DNA from: a virus
Taxonomy: Duplodnaviria; Caudoviricetes
DNA length: 64,000 nucleotides
Direction: 5' to 3' (one strand)
IMG/VR virus record: IMGVR_UViG_3300020345_000381
Span: 6,474-70,473 of that record
In this document: one piece after another, positions 37,962 through 47,788 of the stretch
Numbering within the stretch: the first letter of the stretch is position 1
Layout: every line of letters begins with the position of its first letter
Made by a program: the position numbers and the translations under genes
Notes under the pieces: model-generated
Seen by the model: the letters and a program-made list of their open reading frames with translations, nothing else
Told to the model about the DNA's origin: nothing
Database searches by the model: none

Positions 37962-38271
37962 TATTTTTTGTATCTTCTGGTTTTGGAGTATCTATCATAG
38001 TATAACTACCATCTTCAAGATTGATATTTATACCACCATATTCTTCTTCAAGTTTTTGTTTAAATGCTTCAGCGTCTTGTACTATACCAGCATATTTATG
38101 TAAAAGTCCATGTTTTTGGCTTTCTACAAAACCTATTTCTTTAAGATATTTAGTTATATCTTCTTGTTGTTGTTGGATAGTTTTTAATTGTTCTTCTGTA
38201 ATTTTACCTGCAACTTTATTTTTTTCATCACAAGACGAACATCCTTCTTTTTTTGTTTCTTCTTTTTTCAT
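37954..38271 (-). CDS. hypothetical coiled-coil protein
   Basis: ORF track. Confidence 0.6.
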   Translation of the reverse strand: MKKEETKKEGCSSCDEKNKVAGKITEEQLKTIQQQQEDITKYLKEIGFVESQKHGLLHKYAGIVQDAEAFKQKLEEEYGGININLEDGSYTMIDTPKPEDTKNSE

Positions 38272-38302
38272 TTGAGTTAATTTAATTTAATTATTAATTT
38301 AT

Positions 38303-39013
38303 TTAATATAGTGCTACCATTTCTGTAGCAGTTGTAGCTGAATCGTTAGTATAAACTTTTCTAACTAACATATCTAAAGTACTTCCTGCTGGAATACTTT
38401 GTATTGTTACTGTTTGATTTGGTGGTGCTGCGGCAAATTCTAATTTAATATCACCAGTTCCACCTACATATAAACCAAACCCACTATAACCAGGTTCAGC
38501 ATCATAAACAGCGTTAGTACCAGCATCAGCTCCACTTGTTGGAGCTTGTAAATCAGTAACAGCTAATGCTATTTCTAATGTACCCGTAATATTAGTTTGT
38601 CCAAAAGCTGTATTTAGATCTGATGCAGTAAAAATAATTGTTTGTGTAGCAGCAGCCATATTTGGACCAGCTCCAGGATTAGTAGGTGCACCAGGTGCAC
38701 TTCCTTGATTTAATCCATCTGGTCTTGTTTGCATTACTCTTACATTTGTTATAGCACCAGCACCATCAGTTTCGATAGTATAATATGCTCCCCATTGTTT
38801 ATTTTGAGTATTACTTGCTGAACCTAAAAAAGTACCTCCAGAAGCAAAAGCTGTAACAGTTTGAGCACTTGCAGCTATATTTGCTGTAGTATCTGTAAAT
38901 TGTCCTACAGGTATACCAGCTGCGCTAGCTCCAGGAGCTCTTAATGTAGCAACTGTTTCAATAGATACAGCATGGGTAGCAGCATCAGTTAAATTTTTTT
39001 GATATATTCCCAT
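38303..39013 (-). CDS. putative structural/decoration protein
   Basis: Ala/Thr/Gly-rich, LYVGGTGDIKL...GSTLDMLVRKV motif. Confidence 0.45.
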   Translation of the reverse strand: MGIYQKNLTDAATHAVSIETVATLRAPGASAAGIPVGQFTDTTANIAASAQTVTAFASGGTFLGSASNTQNKQWGAYYTIETDGAGAITNVRVMQTRPDGLNQGSAPGAPTNPGAGPNMAAATQTIIFTASDLNTAFGQTNITGTLEIALAVTDLQAPTSGADAGTNAVYDAEPGYSGFGLYVGGTGDIKLEFAAAPPNQTVTIQSIPAGSTLDMLVRKVYTNDSATTATEMVALY

Positions 39014-39021
39014 TTTTTTAT

Positions 39022-39441
39022 TTATTTATGTTTATTGTTTCCGAATACTTTTTCAACTCCACGAGAACCGAAATAACCTCCGATAACAATGGATAGAAGT
39101 CCAGTAATAGATTCTAAAGGATAGTGTAAATACCATCCTATAACGTAACTAATTGTTAAAAATATTAATGTTAATGGACGAACATTAGCAGCAAGCCACG
39201 CTCCGGAACGAGCATCTGCAACCCATCGCCTTGTTGTTCCATCAATTTCAGCTCTTTCGATTGTTAGTTTTTGTAAAGCAATTTCTTTATCTGCTTCAGA
39301 TAAATCTTTATTACCTGTTATTAATTCTGAAATAACGTTACCTGGTAATATTGCATCACCAACAATACCTAAGATACTAGGTGCTTTTTGAATAAGAAAT
39401 TTTCCTACACCAGTATCTTTAAAGGCCTTTTTTTTACTCAT
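39022..39441 (-). CDS. 3TM-type holin
   Basis: WLAANVRPLTL...GGYFGSRGVEK motif resembling the GTA 3TM holin family. Confidence 0.7.
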   Translation of the reverse strand: MSKKKAFKDTGVGKFLIQKAPSILGIVGDAILPGNVISELITGNKDLSEADKEIALQKLTIERAEIDGTTRRWVADARSGAWLAANVRPLTLIFLTISYVIGWYLHYPLESITGLLSIVIGGYFGSRGVEKVFGNNKHK

Positions 39442-39794
39442 TATCCACCAATATTTCTATTTTTCTTTTTTTCCATAGCTTTCTTTTCTGCGGTAGTGTG
39501 TTTTATTCCCGTTAGTGCTTTACCTACAGTGGTATGAGCTGGTTTACGTCTCTGAGATAGTATATCACCTCCAGTGCCTAAACCTCCTCTAATTTCCCAA
39601 GTAAGATTATCTGCAATTGCTTGTTTAGCTTTACCCCATAGACTATGATTATTATGTAATGGACTATTTGATCCTTTACTTACTATTGAATGCTTGCTCA
39701 TCCAAGAACCACTTGCGTGATCTGGTATTGGATTAATCCCAAGTAAGTTTTTTCTTTCTTGAGCAGCAGATTCGTGTTTTTTACCTTTTCCCAT
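39441..39794 (-). CDS. basic hypothetical protein
   Basis: ORF track. Confidence 0.6.
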   Translation of the reverse strand: MGKGKKHESAAQERKNLLGINPIPDHASGSWMSKHSIVSKGSNSPLHNNHSLWGKAKQAIADNLTWEIRGGLGTGGDILSQRRKPAHTTVGKALTGIKHTTAEKKAMEKKKNRNIGG

Positions 39795-39804
39795 TTTATT
39801 TATT

Positions 39805-40131
39805 TTATGAATGATTATGTGCTTTTTGTTCCCAAGGTAAAGATTTACTTCCTTCTTTCATATTAGCACGAGAATGAATTTTCCATTTATCATTTACTGA
39901 TTTACGGCTATATACGTTTTCATCATCGTAATATAATAATCCAGATTGAATATCATTAATATGAATTTGTTCATGATTAATAACTTCTTGTCTTTGCTTA
40001 GGATCTTTTATGTTTTTATTTATTAATATATTTCCATTTTTATCAGCTTTACCTAATACACCATCTTCCATATCAATCTCATGAACTGGAGCAGTTGCTA
40101 CGTAAGGAGGGTTATTAAGTTTAAAAGCCAT
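39805..40131 (-). CDS. small zincin-like (HExxH) protein
   Basis: VINHEQIH motif; C-terminal LPWEQKA. Confidence 0.55.
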   Translation of the reverse strand: MAFKLNNPPYVATAPVHEIDMEDGVLGKADKNGNILINKNIKDPKQRQEVINHEQIHINDIQSGLLYYDDENVYSRKSVNDKWKIHSRANMKEGSKSLPWEQKAHNHS

Positions 40132-40292
40132 TATTTTCGTGTTGAATATGGAAACATTTTATTTAGTGCATCTTTTCTTTGTTGACATCCACAAGGAATA
40201 TTAAGACCTTCGGAGACAGAATCTACGATGGTCTTAATACCTGTTTTAGTGGTAAACTTTTCAATAGAATCGCCTAATCCTCGTGATTTCAT
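40131..40292 (-). CDS. small hypothetical protein with CGC motif (53 aa)
   Basis: MKSRGLGDSIEKFTTKTGIKTIVDSVSEGLNIPCGCQQRKDALNKMFPYSTRK; TAATG overlap. Confidence 0.7.
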   Translation of the reverse strand: MKSRGLGDSIEKFTTKTGIKTIVDSVSEGLNIPCGCQQRKDALNKMFPYSTRK

Positions 40293-40302
40293 CAACTAAT
40301 TA

Positions 40303-40698
40303 TTATGCCCAAGTAGCACCACTAAAATACATTTGTACTGGAGTAGCTGCTTGATCTTTCGGTAAACTTACACTAGATTTAACTCCACCTGGGTTAGCTG
40401 TCATTGCTTTTACAACTGCGTCATAAATTGGATTTGCGCTACCATCGTTAAGTGTTGGATTGGTAGTTGCAACCATATCAGCATGTACTGCAAAAGTAAC
40501 TGTTTTAGGGTTAGTAGCATCAGGTGTTCCTATAGCTGCTTGTTTAAAGCTTACAACTAATGTTTTAGCGTTTTGTCCATTAGCGCCAGTTGCTGCAATC
40601 TTTACAATGTCTTCCACATTAAGTAAGACATCATAGCTTGGGCCGAACGGTTGACCCGCGTTTATATTTACACAATGAAAATTTATAAATTTTGCCAT
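40303..40698 (-). CDS. hypothetical protein (possibly structural)
   Basis: ORF track; long A/C-rich leader. Confidence 0.65.
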   Translation of the reverse strand: MAKFINFHCVNINAGQPFGPSYDVLLNVEDIVKIAATGANGQNAKTLVVSFKQAAIGTPDATNPKTVTFAVHADMVATTNPTLNDGSANPIYDAVVKAMTANPGGVKSSVSLPKDQAATPVQMYFSGATWA

Positions 40699-40766
40699 TT
40701 TTGTTTTTGTTTTTGTTATTGTTATTGGTTTTGTTTTGGTTAGATTTATACAGTTCTATTCTGTTT

Positions 40767-41420
40767 TTATGTTTTAATTACTAAAGGTTTTCTAAATGAA
40801 CCTCCAGCTTCTTTATATGCTATAACGTTTTCTCTCATAGCAGCAACTGATTTTCTCCAATCTCTATGAGCAGTATAAGCCTTTTTCATATCGTTAAACT
40901 CCTTTTCACTTAATGTATTATTGCTAAGTTCTTGACCTGGTATTTTAACCTTCATAAATTCTTTATTTTTTATATCTTTGTAAGTTAAATTACCAAAATC
41001 TTCCCCTGTAATTTTCTTACCTTGATCCATAATAAAACCACTCCATTCTTTATTTCTTACATCAGTAGGATCAAACATATTAGTACCGGCAACAGCATCT
41101 TTGTAAGTTTGTTCAAAAGGTTTGTACGCATGATCTCCCATACCTCCTGTATCTTTAATATTTATAGGTCTATCTCCATCTTCATTCCAGCCAAATCTTG
41201 AATCTAAACCAGCTCTTGGATCTTCTTTTGGTTCTTTTTCTTTTTCGTAATCAGGACCTACAAGCTTAGTAATATGAGCTTGATTTTCTTTTCCGGGTTG
41301 ATGAGGATGTTCTTTTGATGTTTGATGATATAATGGTGAATCCGTATATAATAAAGCTCCATCATGGGTTTGACCTTGATAGGTTCCTAATCCTTTTTTG
41401 TAAAATGGAGTTTTACTCAT
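40767..41420 (-). CDS. hypothetical protein
   Basis: ORF track. Confidence 0.6.
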   Translation of the reverse strand: MSKTPFYKKGLGTYQGQTHDGALLYTDSPLYHQTSKEHPHQPGKENQAHITKLVGPDYEKEKEPKEDPRAGLDSRFGWNEDGDRPINIKDTGGMGDHAYKPFEQTYKDAVAGTNMFDPTDVRNKEWSGFIMDQGKKITGEDFGNLTYKDIKNKEFMKVKIPGQELSNNTLSEKEFNDMKKAYTAHRDWRKSVAAMRENVIAYKEAGGSFRKPLVIKT

Positions 41421-41421
41421 T

Positions 41422-41748
41422 TTAATCTCTAATTTTATATTTTGTTCCGTCTGGATTAGTTCCTACTTGTTTTTTCTTAAGATCTTTTCTCCAATCACCG
41501 TTTTCGTGTAAAGGCGAATGATGTTTTTTATCATATTTCATATCTCCGGCTAATTTAGATATATGTTTTTCATCAGCCGTCATATCTATATCACTATGTC
41601 CATGTTTGTCATCCCAAAGAATATCTCTTTTCAGATAGTCTATATGCGCTGCATCATCTCTTTCGGCGGCATGAACGTTATGTTTTGTTACCGGTGTACG
41701 AGAATGTCTAGCATTACCAGAATATTCTCCAAAATGTCCTTTTTCCAT
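41422..41748 (-). CDS. His/Asp/Lys-rich hypothetical protein
   Basis: ORF track. Confidence 0.6.
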   Translation of the reverse strand: MEKGHFGEYSGNARHSRTPVTKHNVHAAERDDAAHIDYLKRDILWDDKHGHSDIDMTADEKHISKLAGDMKYDKKHHSPLHENGDWRKDLKKKQVGTNPDGTKYKIRD

Positions 41749-41771
41749 AGTTATTTCTTTATTATTATTTA

Positions 41772-41918
41772 TTACTTCTTTTCTTTAAGTTTTACCCATT
41801 TAGATACTGTATATCCAATAGTTACGAGCAAAAGTATAATTTTAAGCCATACTTCTATATCCGTCATAGAAATAGCTAATGCTAACGCATTTATCAATAG
41901 TAACTTTACGTCTGGCAT
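41772..41918 (-). CDS. 48-aa 2-TM holin-like membrane protein
   Basis: MPDVKLLLINALALAISMTDIEVWLKIILLLVTIGYTVSKWVKLKEKK: two hydrophobic helices and a basic tail. Confidence 0.6.
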   Translation of the reverse strand: MPDVKLLLINALALAISMTDIEVWLKIILLLVTIGYTVSKWVKLKEKK

Positions 41919-41923
41919 TATTA

Positions 41924-42145
41924 TTAAAATTTACCTTGGGCAATTGCTGTAATTGGGTATTTTACTTGCATATCAACTTTAGAATTAGGATATTTAGATA
42001 CTTGCATACCTTTAATCCCAGAACTAGATCCTACTTGATGAATCCTTCCAACTTGATTTAATGGACCATCCCATATATGAGATTCTCCTACAATACCTAT
42101 TTTTTTATTTCTACTTGCTTTATTATATGCTTTATCGTCGTGCAT
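41924..42145 (-). CDS. hypothetical protein
   Basis: ORF track. Confidence 0.6.
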   Translation of the reverse strand: MHDDKAYNKASRNKKIGIVGESHIWDGPLNQVGRIHQVGSSSGIKGMQVSKYPNSKVDMQVKYPITAIAQGKF

Positions 42146-42164
42146 GATTATTTTTGTTTAAATG

Positions 42165-42233
42165 TTATAATGCATTTTCTAGTATAATTATAAATAAAAA
42201 TATAACTATACCCGCTAATAAATAGCCTGTCAT
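42165..42233 (-). CDS. 22-aa single-TM peptide
   Basis: MTGYLLAGIVIFLFIIILENAL; TAATG overlap with the upstream gene. Confidence 0.4.
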   Translation of the reverse strand: MTGYLLAGIVIFLFIIILENAL

Positions 42234-42472
42234 TAGTCTTTTTTTAATTGTGGATACTTTCGGTAAACACAAGCTTTTATTTTATCAGGATTTTTAGCAT
42301 TGTGAGCTAATTTAATAGCTGATTTTGCTCTTTTTAATGTATTTACAGGATATGTACCTTTAGGTCCACAAAAATCTGATTTAGCTACATTAGGATATTT
42401 ACCAGCATTTGACATTCCTGGTTCTTCCCTTATTTCTGATAATGTTTTTAAAAACGGTGAATTACTTTTCAT
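42233..42472 (-). CDS. basic hypothetical protein
   Basis: Start moved to MKSNSPFLK (42472) to remove the overlap. Confidence 0.6.
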   Translation of the reverse strand: MKSNSPFLKTLSEIREEPGMSNAGKYPNVAKSDFCGPKGTYPVNTLKRAKSAIKLAHNAKNPDKIKACVYRKYPQLKKD

Positions 42473-42485
42473 AATTTTATTTTTT

Positions 42486-43562
42486 TTAAAATCTATCCAT
42501 ACCTCCAAAAAAACTATTTGAAGAGGAACTTGTATTTTGGTTTTTATTTTTCTTTTTAAAACGATCTTTAATAAAATCTATTGCACCATAATTTTTATCA
42601 TTTCTCATTTTTTGATAATCTTCTACTCTTTGTTTTTTATTTACATTTCTATCTGCTATTCTTTCAGCTCTAGCCGATTGACGCATTTTTGTTCTTTCTA
42701 ATTTACCTTCTAATCTAGCTTTTTGTGCTGGATTTGCATCTCCTACTTTCTCAATTCTATTTTCTAATCTAGTAGTTTTAGGAACTGTCCAATCATCATA
42801 TGTTTGTGCAGATGTAGATTCAAGATTTGAAGCAGGATGAACATCACTACCACTTGCATCATCTCTTGCAGGAAAAGAATCAGCTATACTAGTAGGTTGT
42901 GGTTGTGAGATTATAGTTTCACCATCTGTTTCAGGTTTAGTATAAGTTCTGGCTGTTGGACTCCATTCTTTTTTAAGAGGAGTTCCTTTTTTAGCTAAAG
43001 CACTAACAACACCAGCACCTACACCTTGTACCACTTCATCAATAGCTTTACCTATTTTGTTATCATGTTTTTTAATTACGGTTTTGGGTTGAGTATAAGT
43101 ACTTTTTAAAGGACTTTTCATTGCAAAAGCACTTCCTTTATTTAAACCACCCATTAAAGTATTATAATCTCTATCAGCTAAAGTACCTGTTTCAACTGGA
43201 GGAGCAGCAATACTACTTCCTACTCCTGTAGGCCCTTGTGTTAAAGCAGATAGTCCACTCGCTTGAGCAACTTGTTCTTTTTGTATATCTATAGGATTAA
43301 CTTCAGTGTTTTCAACACTTGATAATGCTTCTTGTTGCATAGCTGTTGCATTATCAATGGCATCATTTCCACTTTGTTGTTGTAATGCTAATTTACCAAT
43401 AGCACCATGAATTCCTCCTTGTTGAGAGAAATTCTGAAGATTGTTTAAAGAATTGGGATCATTTTGGTTAGAATTTCTTTTTCTTTTTCTTCTTCCAAAA
43501 AGTCCAGATGCAAAACCTGCAATTCCTCCTCGTTTTTTATGATTTAATGGACTGTTACTCAT
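42486..43562 (-). CDS. low-complexity, probably disordered virion/internal protein
   Basis: Q/N/S-rich with basic termini. Confidence 0.5.
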   Translation of the reverse strand: MSNSPLNHKKRGGIAGFASGLFGRRKRKRNSNQNDPNSLNNLQNFSQQGGIHGAIGKLALQQQSGNDAIDNATAMQQEALSSVENTEVNPIDIQKEQVAQASGLSALTQGPTGVGSSIAAPPVETGTLADRDYNTLMGGLNKGSAFAMKSPLKSTYTQPKTVIKKHDNKIGKAIDEVVQGVGAGVVSALAKKGTPLKKEWSPTARTYTKPETDGETIISQPQPTSIADSFPARDDASGSDVHPASNLESTSAQTYDDWTVPKTTRLENRIEKVGDANPAQKARLEGKLERTKMRQSARAERIADRNVNKKQRVEDYQKMRNDKNYGAIDFIKDRFKKKNKNQNTSSSSNSFFGGMDRF

Positions 43563-43563
43563 T

Positions 43564-44010
43564 TTATCTATTTTTATCTTTATTTACATTTTTTATAGCG
43601 GTTATTAAAACTTTATCTGTATAAGTTTTACCATGCATTATTGAATTTCTTCTTTTACTTGTTGGTACATCTTCTTCACCTAGCATAATTCGGTACATTC
43701 GTGCTATTAGTTGTCTACACTTGAAAGAAACTTTATAGATATTATACTTTTGGGTTGTTCTGTTTCGATTTCTCCAAACTACAATCCAGTTGTTTTTTAT
43801 CATTTTGTTCCAGCGTCTATTATCCCAACTATACGCATAAGTACCGATTTTAAAATCTTGCTTAGTAAAAAGATCCATACAATCGAAATATATTAATAGT
43901 TCTAAATCCGCATCGTTTAAGTTATTGTTTCTACATGCCCATTTTCTAATAAGCCTATAATGTTTTAATAGATTTAAATCCTTTATATCACTTGAATTTA
44001 ATTTCCTCAT
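43564..44010 (-). CDS. putative winged-helix DNA-binding protein
   Basis: DLELLIYF...RWNKMIKNNWI...YKVSFKCRQL pattern resembling MarR-type wHTH. Confidence 0.4.
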   Translation of the reverse strand: MRKLNSSDIKDLNLLKHYRLIRKWACRNNNLNDADLELLIYFDCMDLFTKQDFKIGTYAYSWDNRRWNKMIKNNWIVVWRNRNRTTQKYNIYKVSFKCRQLIARMYRIMLGEEDVPTSKRRNSIMHGKTYTDKVLITAIKNVNKDKNR

Positions 44011-44267
44011 AAAACCACAACAACATCTTGTAATTTAATAACAGTAAATTTATCTTTGTTGAATTCAATTCCATGACCAGCATGACGATCATAATAAATT
44101 AAATCACCTTTATTTAAACCTTTTATATCCTCACTAACAGAAACTACTTCAGCTTTTCTATATCTAATATCTTCCCTATCTTTTTCTATTATAAGTAATC
44201 CACCTTTAGTTTTATCGGTTTTTATTTTTTCAGGTTTAATTATAATATTATTTCCTATTGCTTTCAT
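44007..44267 (-). CDS. groES: co-chaperonin GroES
   Basis: KAIGNNIIIK...KTKGGLLI...AEVVSV...KGDLIYY; adjacent to groEL. Confidence 0.9.
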   Translation of the reverse strand: MKAIGNNIIIKPEKIKTDKTKGGLLIIEKDREDIRYRKAEVVSVSEDIKGLNKGDLIYYDRHAGHGIEFNKDKFTVIKLQDVVVVL

Positions 44268-45819
44268 CAATTCTTAAATTATTGATTACACAATCAGTTG
44301 ATAATATTGTAGTTGCTACAGATACAGCATTTATTAAAGCACTTTTAGTTACAAGAAGTGGATCAATAATACCTTCTTTAATCATATCAACAACTTCACC
44401 CGTTATTACATTTAATCCTTTACCTTTTACTTTACCTAATAATTCCGGTAAAGAATCTTGAGGACATAGTATTCCAGCATTATCTAAAATTACTCTAAAT
44501 GGAGATTCTATAGCTTTTAATAAAACTTTTTCTCCATCATTATCTGTTTTAATATTTTGTCCGGCATTAAGAAGAGCTATACCACCACCGGGTACAATAC
44601 CTTCTTTTATAGCGGCTTTTGTCGCACAAATAGCATCTTCTATTCTATCGGATTTTTCTTTTAATTCTATATCAGAATTTGCACCTACTTTTACTATTGC
44701 TATTTTAGCGGATAATCTTGCTAATCTTTTCTCTAGTCTTATTAAATGAGCTGGATTAGGTTTATTAGCTAATTCTTCTTTAACTGTTTTTATAACATCT
44801 AAAACAGCTTGATTTGGTTCACCTACTTGTAATATAGTATCTTTTTCATCAGTTATAGACTTTAAACAACTTCCTAAAAATTCAGGTTGTATTAAATCCA
44901 TATCATCACCAAGATCTTCATTGATGACAGTAGCGCCAGTAAGCATTGCTAAATCATCTAATGTTTCTCTTTTATTTACACCGAATGTAGGTGCATTTAC
45001 AATATTTATTTTTATATTACCTTTAGTTTTATTCATAGCAAGTGTTGCCATTACAGGTGCTTCTACATCTGCTATAATAAGTAAAGGTATATTCTTTTTT
45101 ATAACATGCTCCAATACAGACTGAATTTGTCTTATATTTTCTACTGGAGATTCTATAAGTAATACTGCGGGGTTTTCTAGTTCTGCAGTCTTTTTTGCTT
45201 TGTTAGTAATAAAATGCGGATTTGTCAATCCTTTTTCATATTGTACACCATCAACTAATTCAATTTCAGTTTCAGGTAAGGATGAATGTTCCATCATTAC
45301 TACACCTGTTTCACCAACAGATCTAAATGCATCCCCGATAATTTTTCCAAGGGTTGGTTCATTATTTGTAGATATAGTAGCTATTTGATCAATCATCTCA
45401 CCTTTTACAGGAATAGATATTTTTTCTAAATATTTAACTACTTTTTTTACAGCCTTATTAATATTTTCTTTTAATTCTCTAGAATTTATATCAATACCTT
45501 TAGCTTGTTCAAGTATAGCATGAGCTAATACTGTTGCTGTTGTTGTACCATCACCTGCTTCTGAAACTGTTTTTCTAGCAGCTTCTTTTAAAAGTGTGGC
45601 ACCCATATTTTCTACAGGATCTAATAAAACTATTGAATTTGCTACAGTAACCCCGTCTTTAGTAATAATTGGGTTACCCTTATCATCTTCAAGTAAAACA
45701 CACTTACCGCTAGCCCCTAAAGTGGAGCTAACAGCTTGCGTGAGTTTATCGATTCCTTTAAATACTTGATTCTGAGCATCTTGCCCAAAATTAAGATTCT
45801 TGACTATTAAGTCTGGCAT
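44248..45819 (-). CDS. groEL: chaperonin GroEL
   Basis: STLGASG, ITKDGVTVA, GDGTTTATVLA, DRIEDA, GIVPGGG, GIIDP; no GGM tail. Confidence 0.97.
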   Translation of the reverse strand: MPDLIVKNLNFGQDAQNQVFKGIDKLTQAVSSTLGASGKCVLLEDDKGNPIITKDGVTVANSIVLLDPVENMGATLLKEAARKTVSEAGDGTTTATVLAHAILEQAKGIDINSRELKENINKAVKKVVKYLEKISIPVKGEMIDQIATISTNNEPTLGKIIGDAFRSVGETGVVMMEHSSLPETEIELVDGVQYEKGLTNPHFITNKAKKTAELENPAVLLIESPVENIRQIQSVLEHVIKKNIPLLIIADVEAPVMATLAMNKTKGNIKINIVNAPTFGVNKRETLDDLAMLTGATVINEDLGDDMDLIQPEFLGSCLKSITDEKDTILQVGEPNQAVLDVIKTVKEELANKPNPAHLIRLEKRLARLSAKIAIVKVGANSDIELKEKSDRIEDAICATKAAIKEGIVPGGGIALLNAGQNIKTDNDGEKVLLKAIESPFRVILDNAGILCPQDSLPELLGKVKGKGLNVITGEVVDMIKEGIIDPLLVTKSALINAVSVATTILSTDCVINNLRIDESNRK

Positions 45820-45850
45820 ATTAAATTAAATTTGATTTGATTTATTGAAT

Positions 45851-46138
45851 TTATTTAAAGGTCTTAACGACTTTTGGACCGTTTAAGAACTCTACTTTTT
45901 TCTCGTAATGCTTCACTGAAGCCATTACAGCTTCTTCAGCACCTTCGAGTGTTTCTCTACGGGTTACATCCATCCACTGTTCAGTTTCAAGATCTTGGTA
46001 TTCAGTTTGATAAAAACCATTAGGTAATTGGGTTATTCGCCAATTCTTCTTCTCTGCAATTTGCTTCCAAAGGTTTTGGGTTTTTTCTGAAATTTGTGGT
46101 TGACTATTCCACGAATGAGTCTGGTAATAAAGTGTCAT
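45851..46138 (-). CDS. hypothetical protein
   Basis: WRITQLPNGFYQTEY...TRRETLEGAE; directly upstream of groEL. Confidence 0.7.
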   Translation of the reverse strand: MTLYYQTHSWNSQPQISEKTQNLWKQIAEKKNWRITQLPNGFYQTEYQDLETEQWMDVTRRETLEGAEEAVMASVKHYEKKVEFLNGPKVVKTFK

Positions 46139-46215
46139 AAGGTTTTGGTTTTAATTGTTTGACATTTGGTTATAAATATATAGTTACTTGTTTTTCTTTG
46201 TTTTTAAGTGAATTT

Positions 46216-47778
46216 TTAATTACAAACTACTTCGTTATATAATTCTGATACTTGAGTACTAGTTAAAGCACTATTAAATACTCTAAATTGGTCAATTTTA
46301 CCATTAAAAGGATATTCAAATGTTCCACCATTAGCACCTATAGATAAATTTTGAGTTGTAGGGGTTGGTCTTGTGGTTGATTCTGTAGTAGAATTAGAAT
46401 CTAAAACATTATTTATGTAAATATTCATATTACCCCCAGCAACAATAGTAAAAACAAGATGATACCAAGTGTCTTTAGATAAAGCTGTATTGCTTACAAA
46501 ATAACTACCTCCAACATTAAAATAAAGCATACCATTATTAGAGCCATAAGAAACTCCATACATAGAAATATTTATAGGAGATCCTGCATCAGAACTTGTT
46601 CTTTGACTAACAATCATTTGATAATCACTATCATTTCCCTCGTTTCTCATCCAAAAAGAAACACTATAATCTCCTGCATTAAACCAAGTTTGATTACCTA
46701 ATACTATTCTACTTGTACTCCCGTTGAAATCAACGGCATTATTAAATTGACCAGTACCATACGTAATATCAGTTCCAGCTCCTGTTGGACTTCCGCAAGT
46801 ATTTATTAGATTATCATTAAATTGATATAATGCTGTACTTGTTATAGGATAGTTACATATACAAGTAGTAGGTTGATCAGATATATATTCATCTGCTATT
46901 TGAAGCCACGTGCTACCATCATAGTATTCTACATAACCTAATTGTTCATTGTATCTAAATTCACCCGCGTTTAAACTAGTTGTGGGTCTATAATAAGTGG
47001 TTAAATTTTCATTATATAATTCTGCTATTTGATCACCATTTAAAGCTTGATTATAAAATCTAACTTGAGCTATTTTACCATCATAAACAGTTGAACCATC
47101 TCTCCATGCTGCTATATGTGTTATTCCTGCTGTTAAAGTATTAGTTACAGAAGGACAAACGCTATTAGAAGTACCAGATCCACCTGTATTACCACAGGTG
47201 TTAACTAACACTCCATTTAAATATAATAATTGAGACGAACCTTCATAAACCCAAGCTATGTGATACCAAGTACTAGTGCTTAAGGCACTTCCTGTTTCAA
47301 TTTCTGATGTGGTTGTTGCACCATATCTTCCTTGAAACCTAACTTTACCGGATGATTGTAAACTTAATACTTCATAGTTTTCATTAGCCCCTGCATCTCC
47401 AATATATATAAGCGTACAAAAACCACCTGGAATAGTATCTATATTAATCCATAAAGATCTTGTTCTATCTGCACTAGCTCCTAATCCTACGCCATATGAT
47501 AAATAATTACTCCCATCAAAATCCGCAGATTGATATGAACCACCCCAAGGAGAATTAGCCGTAAAAGTTACACTATTATTGTTGGTTAAATTTAACGACC
47601 CACAACTGTCATCAGCATTACCATCCATAGTATATAAAGCTACATTAGCATTGGAACCAGGAAAAGTGCATAGAGCTGTATAACCTTTTGGTATTACCGT
47701 ACCAGATGTATTAGCACTAGATGTGCTATCATTTGGAAAATCTAAAAGCTCTGGTGTTGTTATCTTTGTTATTGACAT
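46216..47778 (-). CDS. tail fibre/receptor-binding protein with two LamG domains
   Basis: LamG motifs (WYHIAW, FNGKIDQFRVFNSAL). Confidence 0.8.
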   Translation of the reverse strand: MSITKITTPELLDFPNDSTSSANTSGTVIPKGYTALCTFPGSNANVALYTMDGNADDSCGSLNLTNNNSVTFTANSPWGGSYQSADFDGSNYLSYGVGLGASADRTRSLWINIDTIPGGFCTLIYIGDAGANENYEVLSLQSSGKVRFQGRYGATTTSEIETGSALSTSTWYHIAWVYEGSSQLLYLNGVLVNTCGNTGGSGTSNSVCPSVTNTLTAGITHIAAWRDGSTVYDGKIAQVRFYNQALNGDQIAELYNENLTTYYRPTTSLNAGEFRYNEQLGYVEYYDGSTWLQIADEYISDQPTTCICNYPITSTALYQFNDNLINTCGSPTGAGTDITYGTGQFNNAVDFNGSTSRIVLGNQTWFNAGDYSVSFWMRNEGNDSDYQMIVSQRTSSDAGSPINISMYGVSYGSNNGMLYFNVGGSYFVSNTALSKDTWYHLVFTIVAGGNMNIYINNVLDSNSTTESTTRPTPTTQNLSIGANGGTFEYPFNGKIDQFRVFNSALTSTQVSELYNEVVCN

Positions 47779-47788
47779 GTTTTAATTA

